Assembly: GCA_965112155.1 (NCBI GenBank) | Contig: OZ218099.1 | Length of the DNA stretch: 64,000 bases | DNA from: Podarcis liolepis | Lineage: Eukaryota | Strand: one strand, 5' to 3' | In this document: in pieces, positions 25,501-36,842 of the stretch | Layout of the letters: every line of letters starts with the position of its first letter | How positions within the stretch are numbered: the first letter of the stretch is position 1 | The notes under the pieces: generated by a model | Database searches by the model: none | Told to the model about the DNA's origin: nothing | The model's input: only the letters and a program-made list of their open reading frames with translations | Translations under genes and position numbers: made by a program

Positions 25501-28500
25501 TGAGGGAGAGAAGCTGAAACCTAATGGAAACTATAGGGATAGTTGTAGAGTAATCTTTGAATATTGTGATTCTAGTTCTGATTAAATGTTAGGTTCTGAC
25601 ACTATTGCATGTCTTGTGCTTTGCTAACAAATTTCCAAAGATTTGTTCTCAACAATGTAAATCCCTGTTAGGCAAACATTGAGCTGTATTGTGCTGACTT
25701 ACTTGTCCTGACTAGAACTGAGGACAGAGATGATGTCCTAATCCTGCAGTGTCTGTGTTCAAAACTCCTAGCTGCCACTTTGTCCAGAAGTCTAAAATGA
25801 AGGGGGTAATTCCTGGGTTGAAAACATCAGTCATTCCCAGGCAGAGGGCCAGTCCTGATGGAACATCCCAATGTTACTCTCTTCCCAATGACTCTCTTCA
25901 CAAATACTTGAGTAGTGCAACTGCTAGGACATAACTCTGTTTGCAGGGTTGAGGATAACTTTGGATATAGACTTATCAAGGCTATGGCAAAAACTTAAAA
26001 AGAGACTTTAAGAAAATACATCCCGTAAAGGGTATCTGTGGCCTGTTCAATAGCTGGCCTTGTCATGTTGATTCTGTTCCATCTGTAGCTTCTCTCTTCT
26101 TCCTTCTGCTTATCTCATCTTTGCTTCTCTCTGGACTGTCAGTCTTTGTTCATCTCTAACCTGAGCTTGATTCTAGCTTTTCCATTTCTCTCAGGTTTCC
26201 CTTTTATTTCGAGCTGAAAATCGCATTTGTGATCTGGCTGCTCTCTCCTTACACCAAGGGCTCCAGCGTGCTCTACAGGAAGTTTGTTCACCCAACGCTC
26301 TCCAATAAGGAGAAGGTACTTCCTTCAGATTGCCCTACATATAAATCCTGGAAGTTTAGTGGCATGAGATCATGATAGATTGCAGAAAAGATACTGGTAT
26401 TAGCTCTGTCTGTGCTTGATATTAATCCTGTTTATGCCTGCTCGTAATAGATGTGTGGCAACTGCTGCTTTTACAGAGCAATAGTGAATTCCTAGTTTGT
26501 AACCTGATGAGAATTTGTTAGCTCTAACCTGAATAAAGTAGCTTTATTCATGGCTCCTAACTGTGAGCCAAAGGGCCATGCATGGAGAGTTTGAGGGACT
26601 CTTTGGAACAACATTTATTGCAGGGCAGGGGACTATAACCAGAAGAGAAACTACAAACTTTTTCTGTGTGTGCAGAACTGCAGTCCATTCATGCATGAGA
26701 CAATATGGATTCTGGCTAATGTTTTCAGCATTTGCTGCTGTATTAATTGATCCTTTATTAATTTTTGGGACCTTTACTCTTCGTAGTCTACACTGTGATT
26801 AGTGGTAGATGCATAATTACTCTCCTTAATCTCATGTAGTTCTAGCACAGGGCAAAGTATAGACATTGTCATTCATTTAGTTTGAGCCTGCAGATAAGGG
26901 GTGACAGTCTCAATCCACTTGTAAGTGCCTTATGCATTTTTACCTTAGGACAGAATTTTTTTTAGTAATATTTCAGCCTTCTGGGAGTAGCATTCACTGG
27001 AATATTGAGTTTTCTTCCTTTCAAACACTATATGTTAGTGCTGGGCAACACTTTTGATGTATTATAGTATTTTAATATTCTTTTGGAAGCCGCCCAGAGT
27101 GGCTGGGGAAGCCCAGCCAGATGGGCGGGGTATAAATAATAAATTAGTATTAGTATTATTATAATTATTATTACTATTATTATTATTACTTTGGGAAACT
27201 CAGAGCACTTGCTATACGATCCATTCTGCTGTGCTATCTAATATGTAATGTTTTCCTGGATTTCTGGATTTTATAGTTGGCTTCATGATGTTGGTGCAAG
27301 AAGGGGTTAGGATTTCAGGCAGAAGTGTCTTGAGATTCTGAAAAATTATGGATACGTGGTCATAATGCTAAAAAAGAAGAATGTACTGCACAAGGAAACA
27401 AGTTCCATGTACGGCTTTAAATCACATGAACTATATTTAATCCTTTTTCTGCTAATCCCTCAGTGTTGCAAAAGAGAGCTAGGCAGTCCCTAGGAATTAG
27501 CAGGCCAAAGGCTGGCTGGCTCTGTCTGAGGACTGCTTCTTACCATACTTTTTATAACGATATTAGTATATCTGCCTTGTGTCAGTTATGATAGCACATG
27601 TATGTTTAAATGATGACTGTTATTCACAAAATAAACAGGTCTGATAATTGTGAAATGAGGAAGCTAATTCTCACTGTATTTGATAGGGATCCCATGGATC
27701 CATGTAAGGCAAAGGTATGCTAACACAGACATTCTCCCAGTCTGCATTTCTTGAGAAGCACTGTACACCTCTATGTTTTGGGGGAGGGGGCACAAAGCAC
27801 TGTATTCAATCACAATGTCTCTATGCATACATTTAGTTAAGCTTCCTCTAGCACTGACTGACTTCTCAGACTGGTGCTGCTTTTTCATGCTGCTTCACAT
27901 TCCTTCTTGAAATTCAGACTTCTGTATTTCTAAAGAGATCCAGAGCATGAGCATAGCAGGATTTCAAAGTTTTATATTTTCAACTAAATGTTAAATCTGT
28001 TCCAAGCATGGGACTGACTAGGACAGTCAGTATCACACATTGGAAAATGTGGCTATGGTGAATTTCCCACTAAATAACACTACGCATAAGGACATTTGAA
28101 GAGCCTGCTGGATCAGGCCAATGGGCCATCTAGTCTAACATCCTGTTCTCATAGTGACTAACAAGATGTCTGTGGGAAACTGAAGCAGGGGCTGAAGAAA
28201 AGAGCACTCGCCTCTTGGAGTTTCCAGCAACTTTACTGCCTCTTAACTGTGGAGGCAGAACATAGCCATCATGGCTAGTAGACATTGTTAACTTTATCCT
28301 CCATAAATTTAAAATCCACTCAACTTGGTGGCCATCACTGCCTGCAGTGGGAGTGAGTAACATGGTTTCACTAGGCACTGTGTGAATTAGTACTTTCTTT
28401 TATCTGTCCTGAATCTTCCAACATTCAGCTTCACTGGATATGAGTTCTAGTGTTATGAAAGAGGGGAAAAAATTTTCTCTAGCCACTTTCTCTATGGCAT

Positions 28501-31500
28501 GCATAACTTTAAATTTCTAACGTGTCACCTCTTTCTTGCCTTTTCTCGAAACTAAAAAGTTCCAAAAGCTGCAACCTTTGTTTCTCTTTCCCCTTGATCA
28601 TCCACCTGCTGGAGTCAACAATGACTTTTGCACTCGGCTTGCTAGGTCATCATAGTTGTGATACAGAATGCAAAATCAAGAAAGGATTCAGTTGCTGAGT
28701 ATAGAATACCACAAGTGGATATTTTTGTCATGTGTGTCTGAAGTGTGGAAGGTCTTCTTGTAGAAGAGATTTAAGAAAATTGATCCCAGGAAGTAGCTTT
28801 TTTTCTGTGGCAAAGTTTTGGTATATGTGTAATTTGTTTTCTCCTTGATGCTGCTAATGTTGAGGAAGACTGAAATTGGCACAACGCTGAATTTGGCACA
28901 ACGAAACACAATACAACAATTACATGAGCCTTGATGTTCATTTCTCATTTAAGAACCAAGGGTACATGCTTCCCATTTTTCTCCTGGGGATCTGATTTCA
29001 CAATAGCAGGACACAGGGTTTTTTTTTGCTGTGAAGAACCTGTGTCTCTTCTCTTGAGTGGCTAATCATTCAAGTTCTCACTGGATATTAGTATGCTCTT
29101 GTGCTCTAAAAAAAAGGAGTATGAGCCAAGTGGTCATGGTATATTGTATTGGCCTGAATATAAGCCACACTTTCCCCCCAAATTCCAACAGTGAAAAGTT
29201 AAAGTGAGGCTTATTTTCGTGACCTCAAGCTGCCAGCAAAGCGGTGCAGCTCCCCCCAGGAAGCGGCCCGGGTATTGTCTCTCTGCCCCCCCCCCCAATT
29301 TTAAAGGGGCGGCTTATATTCGGGCCAATACAGTATCTGTATTCTGATAAATAGGAGAGGTCACACTCTCAATACTTCTAACAAACTGATGAGGGTCTTG
29401 ATTCCACCCAGTCTTGGAAGAGATCCCCCCACTGTTGTTAAAACTAAGAATAATAGTCCTGAAATTTCTCTTATAGTTAATTGGTTAATCTTTCATAAAA
29501 TTTGGCTATTTTAGAATCAGACTAGACATGACAAGTGCAGCTATTTTTGCTTATTGACCTGCTAGCTATGTTTATGCCTACAGGTGAACGGTGAGTTCCA
29601 AAGTCCATACAATTCAATTGTTTCTGTAGATAGAGTGATTTGATAGCAGCCACCTTTAACAATAACTAGCCCATGCATTTAGAGTCTATCAGGGCTACAT
29701 TCTCTCCAGGTTGGATAGACAAAACATTCTCTCCATTTCAATAGACTAAAATGCAAATCAATCAGTGACAAAATCTTCACCAGACTCATAATACAGATGA
29801 GTTTAGCCCGGCCTCTGATGTATGTAAGTCATTGAACCAGTGGTGTAAGAATTTCTTCCTGTGTGTTTTTTGGAATGGCAGTGGAGGAAAAATTTCCATT
29901 TTATAAGGTGATTAATATCAGTGAATGAATGTCAACATAGCATTAGACAGACTTAGAAGTTTCCAAGTTTTTAGTTTTGTTTACAAAATGCATATAAAAT
30001 AAACATGCTAAATTAGATAAATTTTCTGTATGTCCTAGAAAATTTCCAATGCAAACAAGGTTTTCTATTGCTAACTACCAAAATTGCATAGGAAATTTTC
30101 CAAAAAGCTTTCCAGAAAAAAATCCAGAAATGTCCTATTTAACATTTACTGGAAGTCAACATGTTGACATTGATCTTGACATTGAAGTTAACATTTACTG
30201 TTATGTCATGATACTTTAAAACTGGCCTTTAGAATTATGCTTCATTGCTGCCAGAACTAGTTTGTGAAATTCCTCTCTTCTGTTCCATAAAGACAAGTTA
30301 CTGCTTGATCTTAGTCTTACTTAAAGATATATTCTTCCATGTGAATAATTGTTTAAGCATGTTTTTCTTCCCCTCTTACTTGGGTTGCCTGTGTTAAGAT
30401 GTGATGGGTACTTCTAAGTACATGATTCTCAAAATGAGAGGTGTTGGTTTTTCTGTTACCTTGTCCTGCTGAACTATTTTTGTACTCTGTAATCTAGTGT
30501 ATTGTTAATTAGTGCGGCTGCATTTGTTCTGTTGTGTGTATAGGCATTGATGATCCATAGGTGATTCTTTTTCTCATTCCACCATGCAAGCTGTCGATGG
30601 ATAGTTTATAACCTCTGGAAAGATTTACTTAGTCATTAGAGAAAGTTTGAAAGGTTTTATAATTAACAAAATTAAAACATTATGATGACTTTGAGAACTT
30701 CTGTTCTGTTTGGTTGTTCAAACCCTATGCACTTGGACCTTCTTGCCTTATACCTAGTTGGACTATAAGTCCATCTAGCCAAGAATTGTGTACACTGACT
30801 AGCAGCCTTCACCAGGGGTTCAGACAGGCAACATTCCCAGCCCTTCCTGGAGGTACTGAGAATTAAATCCTAAGCAATTCAGTATTCAAAGCAGATGCTC
30901 TACTACTGAGCTTCAGCCCTTCCCCAAAAAACTTCCTCTTAAAAGCTTTTGTGTGAGTATGTATCATTCTTGAGGGTTATAGCTATGCAAATCATTTTTT
31001 AATGTGGCCTTCCCCACCAATTAAATCCTAGGAAATCGATGAGTATATCAGCCAGGCCCGTGACAAGAGTTATGAAACTATGATGCGAGTTGGCAAGCGA
31101 GGATTAAATTTGGCAGCCAATGCAGCAGTTACTGCAGCTGCAAAGGTAACTCCTTATATACCTATGTGCCATATCAACCCTGTTCCCTTCTGTTGGACTT
31201 TTGGTGTCATAACTCTATCCCACTTCCCCACCTCCATGCTGTCTGCTAAGCTGTTCTTTCAAGTTAGACATGAGACAAACTCATCTGCAGCTTGCCATCT
31301 GATTGGATTTTATTCTGACCCTGATCTGATTTTAGGATGTATTTTAACTGATTGCTTGATTTTATGTTAATGTGCTATACATTTGATGTTAGCCACTCTG
31401 AGCCCGGTTTTGGCTGGGGAGGGGGGGTATAAATAATTTTGTTGTTGTTGTTGTTGTTGTTCTTACCAGACCCAAGCTGTGTCCCCCTCATCTAACTGCT

Positions 31501-34500
31501 GTCGTGTGTTCTTTTCCATTGGAAGCTGTTTTAGCATGTCCTCTGATGTGTTCTGAATGGTTCAACTCATGTGAATAGTTACAACTAGAAATTGTGTCTT
31601 AAAGGGCCAAGGAGTTTTGTCTGAAAAACTACGGAGTTTCAGCATGCAGGACTTGACTTTGATTCGGGATGATGACACTGTGCATTTACGGAGCCCTGAG
31701 CCACGCATGCGTACTTCTGCTACTGGTCATCTTGAAACTGTTGATGATTCAGGTTAACAGCAATCCATTCATATTATTTAATGAGGGCAGATGTCTAAGA
31801 GTTGTGGGCTTGGGGCAAATATTGAAGCGTCTAACTTCAGTGGTAGTTAGCTGTGTTTATGTTTTGAACTTGGAGTTCATGCACACCTATTTTTCATGCA
31901 GTACTCACAATTGCAATGGACATGCTGCTTAAAGAAAGAATTCACATTTTCCCAGCAGCAAGATATTATAGCTTGGGCCACGCTACTCATGACAGCAGCA
32001 GGCCCATATTTTTAAATGTGGGTATTTTCCAGTAATATATAAAGCAAGGCGTGGAAGCATAAAAGGAGGTTTCTGTGTTCACATACACAAAACAACTTCT
32101 TTTATCTTTATCTTCTATACCTCTCTGTAATTTTCATTCAACCAGTGATCCTAGCTAGAAGATAGACTGGGGGAGGGGAGAGGATGTGCGCAAAGGAAGG
32201 GTTTGATCTCCTCTTCACCTGGGCACCCCTTCTTCACTTTACACTGCACACCACCAATCCACACTGGTCTGGATTGGGGGAGGAACCAAACTCCTGTTAC
32301 TTTTGTTAAAAGGGGGGTGGGGAGGTGAATCCCAATAAAGTGATTCAAAGAGTCATTTAAAGACGCTGAGTCTTTTGTCACCTTGACAGTTTGATTCTCC
32401 ACAACTTTCCATAGACACCTGAAGGCTCCCCTTTTGGGGAAGTTTTTAATGTCTGATGTTTCACTGTGTTCTGTTATATTCTGTTGGAAGCTGCCCACAG
32501 TGGCTGGGTCAACCCAGTCAGATGGGTGGGGCACGTGTGTGTGTGTGTGTAATAAATTATTAGTCGCCTTAGTACAGTGGTGCCCCGCAAGACGAATGCC
32601 TCGCAAGACAGAAAACCTGCTAGACGAAAGGGTTTTTCGTTTTTGAGCTGCTTCGCAAGACGATTTTCCCTATGGGCTTGCTTTGCAAGACGAAAACGTC
32701 TTGCGAGTGTTCCGATTTTTTTTCGCTCCCCCCCCCTTTTCTATGCCGCTAAGCCGCTAATAGCCTTTTAGCCGCTAATCCGCTAAGCCTTTAATAGCTG
32801 CTAAACCGCTAATAGCGCTAATCCGCTAAGCCGCTAATAGGGTTGCTTCGCAAGACGAAAAAACCGCTAGACGAAGAGACTCGCAGAACGGATTAATTTC
32901 GTCTTGCGAGGCACCACTGTATTAGTATTATTTATTTTCTCCTTTCCTTCAATAACCTTGGTATCAGAGATGGCATTTTCGTTTTCTGCTCCTCCTCCAT
33001 ATTAAAAAATAAGGGGCATCTCTGTTTTTGGTTTTCTCCTCAGGTGCATCCTGTTATTCCTCATCGGAAGAGATGACTCTGTCTCAAAGACATAATGGGG
33101 CCCAGTCTGATGCCAGAACAGACCCATCAGATGACGATACAGGAGACAAAGTTCCCAAACGGACCCAGAGCCTTAAAGCTCCTAAGAAAGTGACAAAGAC
33201 TGAGGTGAGCTGGATGTAATTGTTTGGAAAGCTTGCAGCTGGATCCTGCCCCATGTACAACTTGTGTGCTTCAGCTTGGCACATAATCCCTTTTAATAGC
33301 TGCCCCTCCCTTGCAAGTGTGCTTTGCTTGCCTGCCAGATATCTTTCACTAGATTTTGAAGTATTGGACAGGATTCAACTAATGGGTCCCATCAGCAGAA
33401 GCCTGCACAAGAACTTGTACAAAAGGGCTTTCTCCCCTGCATCTCCCAAAATTGGCTCGGAGGGGATCAGGAGAACACCCAGAACTGCTCACGAGAAGGA
33501 AAGAGGGATCATTCTGTTTGGCAGGCTGAAATGTTTGCAGTAACAGAACAATCAGAAGAGTGTGATGTTGAATTCCTCCTGTTGTTTCACATTCCTATTC
33601 TGTCAATAATTTAAATGCCTCTTTAGTAAGAATTTAAGGCATTACTAAGGGCTGAAAGTAGATGTGATGGCAGTAGCAACTTGTTTGTTCATTTGCACCA
33701 TTGCTATGCCAAGCAGAGAGTGGATAGTGTCTCATTTTTAAATGAGAATGTGCATGACCAGCTGAATACTTCTTCATTCATTTGCTTACCTTCCCATGCT
33801 CTATTGTCCCCACTCCCCTCTTGCAGTACTGGAAGTTGGCTGAGCTTTGAGAAAGGGCTTGGGGTGTTGGAACATGGGAAGGAAAGACAGAGGAGGGGAG
33901 ATTCAATTTCCTTCTCTTATGTACTCCCTTTTGATGTTAAAGTTGGACTCCCCTGCTTCATTTGTGAATGCATAGGCACATGAATGAATAAACATGAATG
34001 TGCTACTGCCACATCTTATTTGGCACTCAGGATGCATCCAGTTTTATGAGTTTTTGCATGATCTGCTGCTGACATTAGGGACACAGCCTGCAGACATTCC
34101 ATCAGCTGTTTTTGTTTGGGCTCCACTTCTTGATTTTTCCAGTGCCGAAATATATTATATAGTGTGGTTTTATGTTGCAAACAACTGGCTCAAATAAGAT
34201 TTTCTGTGTGCGCAGTTTGTGCACATGTCCACGCATCCAGCTTTTAATCTTAGATTTTTCGTAGGAATTCCACTGTATCAGGTCCACGCCACACCTTGAA
34301 GAAATGTTTCCATGCTGTGGTTTTCTGGCCTCTCCCTTCAATAATTGCTCCCTTGTCCTTCAGTAACCTTTTCTGCTCTGGGTATATACACAACTATATG
34401 GGGATATCAATTTTCATTTTGTTTGTAAAAATCAAAATTAAATTACTATTTTTAGGGGGAAAGGCCCAACCAAAAATGCACTAATGAGCTTCCATATATA

Positions 34501-35383
34501 TTTCACATTAAGAGGGAATTTGGATTAAATGTCAAAAAGCATAGGCTGGCATTTTGATGATGACAGTCTCCTGTGGACTGTGCAAAAATACTTGTGTGCA
34601 CGGACAGCACCAGTTTCACAATAAACCTTTATCTGGAAGCACCCCTTGTTAAAGAGCTAAAAAGTTTCACATATTTGACATTAATTGAAATTTGGTGGTG
34701 GTCTTGCTGGCCACATGCAGCACATCAGGTCATTTAGTGTAGAGTGCTTTAGCTGTCCTGGCCCCCAGCTAGATTACAGCTGATGGTATATCATTGGGTG
34801 GCAGGAATTGGCTGTGGCTGGCTTCCTTCATGAAGTTTTGGGTTGTATCTGAATCAAAGGTTTCCTACACATCTGGACACTCCTTCAAGAGTAGCTGAAA
34901 TTATACTGGTTACTCAGTTTGATTGCTCAGGTTCTGTTTCTGGAAATAATTTTGAAGGAGCTGGTAAAGAGCCAGGAAATGGCTGTGTAGGAGAATAACC
35001 TATTTTCTTTGAGTGCCCTCTGCTGACTGCTTTATAGGTTTGTTTTATTTTTTTTGTCATTTTCTGTTAGTGCTGCTGTACCAGAAGTATTTCTTATTCT
35101 GAGGTTACTAATTGAATTGATTCATTAATAGAATTACAGAAGTAAGAGGGCTTAAAATTGGATAGCAATCAGTTCCTTTTGTTCTGGAAGCAGGAGTTCA
35201 GTGAATGATCTGAGGTCTCAGCAAAAATTTCATCAAAGTTCTTTCTTTTTTAAAACTCCTTGTCCTGCAACTAGTTTCATGTTATTTCTCTCCTCTCTTG
35301 CTTTCCAGCCCCCACAAAAGACTGTCAAAGCCCGTCCCAAGAAGAAAGTTACAGGTTCCAGTGCTGCTGGCGAGTCAGCCTAA
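19021..35383 (+). CDS. REEP2: Receptor expression-enhancing protein 2 (DP1/Yop1 ER-shaping family), complete 8-exon CDS, 266 aa
   Basis: join(19021..19052,19657..19729,24697..24773,26195..26315,31032..31145,31605..31752,33044..33204,35309..35383) = 801 nt. Peptides [84 protein letters not shown]...GESA*. KDM3B-REEP2 synteny agrees. Confidence 0.96.
19657..19729 (+). CDS. REEP2: REEP2 exon 2
   Basis: ttccag acceptor, TAT/gtaagt donor; 73 nt. Confidence 0.94.
22894..23116. mobile_element. hAT-type MITE (TIRs similar to the 12650 element)
   Basis: TIRs tagggatgcca / ggcaacccta; degenerate 8-bp TSD ATTAGTAA / ATTAATCA. Confidence 0.6.
24697..24773 (+). CDS. REEP2: REEP2 exon 3
   Basis: [25 protein letters not shown]; 77 nt, GT-AG. 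Confidence 0.94.
25073..25436. mobile_element. hAT-Charlie-type MITE (364 bp) in REEP2 intron 3
   Basis: TIRs CAGGGGTCGGCAACCT / AGGTTGCCAACCTCTG; perfect 8-bp TSD TTCTAGAG (NTCTAGAN target). Confidence 0.9.
26195..26315 (+). CDS. REEP2: REEP2 exon 4
   Basis: [22 protein letters not shown]...KEK; 121 nt. Confidence 0.94.
27080..27190 (+). mobile_element. LINE (L2-like) 3' end with (ATT)n tail; similar ends near 31385-31461, 32485-32565 and 46763-46880
   Basis: ggaagccgcccagagtggctgggg...agatgggcggggtataaataataaa followed by an (ATT)-rich tail. Confidence 0.6.
28085..28595 (-). mobile_element. CR1 LINE 3' fragment
   Basis: cataag...gcctgctggatcaggccaatgggccatctagtc, followed by the reverse complement of the CR1 ORF2 C-terminus (tactttcttttatctgtcctgaatct). 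Confidence 0.75.
29144..29333. mobile_element. Tc1/mariner-superfamily (Tc2-like) MITE
   Basis: About 25-bp TIRs ttgtattggcctgaatataagccac / gcggcttatattcgggccaatacag flanked by TA. Confidence 0.8.
30755..30925 (-). mobile_element. Short tRNA-derived squamate SINE (Squam3-like)
   Basis: Minus strand begins gggctgaagctcagtagtagagcatctgcttt (A-box), body ...gtcagtgtacacaattcttggctagatggac. Confidence 0.65.
31032..31145 (+). CDS. REEP2: REEP2 exon 5
   Basis: [38 protein letters not shown]; 114 nt. Confidence 0.94.
31605..31752 (+). CDS. REEP2: REEP2 exon 6
   Basis: [24 protein letters not shown]...; weak aaag acceptor; 148 nt. Confidence 0.88.
32575..32919. mobile_element. Tigger/pogo-like Tc1/mariner MITE (345 bp)
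   Basis: 22-bp TIRs CAGTGGTGCCCCGCAAGACGAA / TTCGTCTTGCGAGGCACCACTG; TA TSD; internal GCAAGACGA and GCCGCTAA repeats. Confidence 0.9.
33044..33204 (+). CDS. REEP2: REEP2 exon 7
   Basis: ...[17 protein letters not shown]...KTE; GAG/gtgagc donor; 161 nt. Confidence 0.88.
35309..35383 (+). CDS. REEP2: REEP2 exon 8 coding part
   Basis: [24 protein letters not shown]; long pyrimidine tract acceptor. Confidence 0.9.
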   Translation, partial: PPQKTVKARPKKKVTGSSAAGESA

Positions 35384-36704
35384 GGACACCCCAGCCTGTC
35401 TGTCCTAGGGCTCTTCAGACACTTTGATGAGCACTCTCCAAGGAAAGGGAGCTGAGATCATGTACATAACAGCTACTGCTTTGTAGAGCTCATTCCAAGG
35501 CAAGAGGGTGACTGAAATTTGGCACACAGATTAGAGGATGGCCATCCTCAGGAATTATTTACACTTCATCTCTGTGATGGAGAGAATGCTAATCTGTCTG
35601 TACATAGCCTGTGGTTTTGGGATTCCCTCTCTGTGTGTAACCCTAATAGGGAAACTCTTTGCTGGAACAACTCTTCAATTAGGGTTAGAGCCATCTTTGA
35701 CAGAGAGGCTGGAAGAAAAAAAAAATCAAGACGGGTGCCACTGAAATTCTAATTGGAGGTGGGGAGCTCCCCAATAATATTTCAGCATTTCACTGGTTGT
35801 CATGCTGTAGCTGCTGTGGGGAATTGTTAGGAAGTGCCTGGAGCAAAGTGACTGGTACTGAGGGAAAGTGTTATCTAAACTCATTTGGGCAGAAGCAAGA
35901 GACAAAAGTGTAGGTTTGCTTGGTGCTTTGCTACATGGGCAACTGCTTGCCTGTGGGATTGGGTAAAGTGGTATTTTTTGCAGGGAGTCTGTAGATGTTT
36001 GGGAGAGGGGTGGAAGGTGAGAATGCAAGTGGCTGGCTTCTTTACCACTATCTGGTGCCTATTTCTAAGCAGCCTCTTTTGCATGGTTGAAAGCTGGTTT
36101 TAACTCTGCTCATGGTAGATGTTGCGATGGTAGAACTATTTGCATGGTTTTTTTCAAGTAGAATAAGGCTGGGAGGAAGGTGACGAAGCTAAGAGGACCA
36201 CGGTTGGAGCAGGGGGTGTGAGGGTGCCTCGGCACACATCAGTCTCTCCAAAGAGTTGAAATCCTGAATTGCCACTGTCTAAGAACCAAACACTTTGGCC
36301 CCCTGCTTCAGAGTTGCCTTTATATTTTACAGGTCAGTCTGTTTTCTGTAAGAATTGTTTGGAAAAGGCATGTGTATGGAAGAAGCTGGAGGAAATATGG
36401 ATGGTACCTTAAGTTTCTGCTGTGTTCTTTATTATGCTTTATTTGCACTGGGAATATAAGGTTGGAGCTCGATCAGTTTAGCCTGATAAGTAGGCAAAAA
36501 GTAGCAACCCTTTTTGGAGCTTTTCTGGCATTTTGTAATGAGGTAAATAAGTGATGGGACATTCCTAAATGATTCCATGGGTGGATAAGGGATAACGTTA
36601 CTTGGCTCTCAGGAACTACTCATTTCTGCCACTACTGACTTCCATCATTCCCTCTTAACTCTGGTTACATTTTGGAGGCAATATTATTTAGTGTTTGAGG
36701 CTAT

Positions 36705-36842
36705 CATAGAATTGTAGCATTGGAAGGGACCCTGAGGATCATCTAGCTCAACTCCTTGCAGTGCAGGAATATGCAGCTGTCCCATACAAAGATCAAACCT
36801 GCAACCTTGGCATTATTAGCACCACGCTCTAACCATCTAGCA
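36705..36842 (-). mobile_element. tRNA(Ile)-headed SINE with CR1-derived tail, in the probable REEP2 3'UTR
   Basis: Minus strand reads tggttagagcgtggtgctaataatgccaaggttgcaggtttgatc (tRNA-Ile AAT-like), then ...ttccaatgctacaattctatg. Confidence 0.75.

Noticed and set aside
36770-36842. Functional tRNA-Ile gene (and tRNA-Lys at about 3400-3465)
   Set aside because: Stems and B-box are degenerate and fused to CR1 tails, so these are SINE heads.
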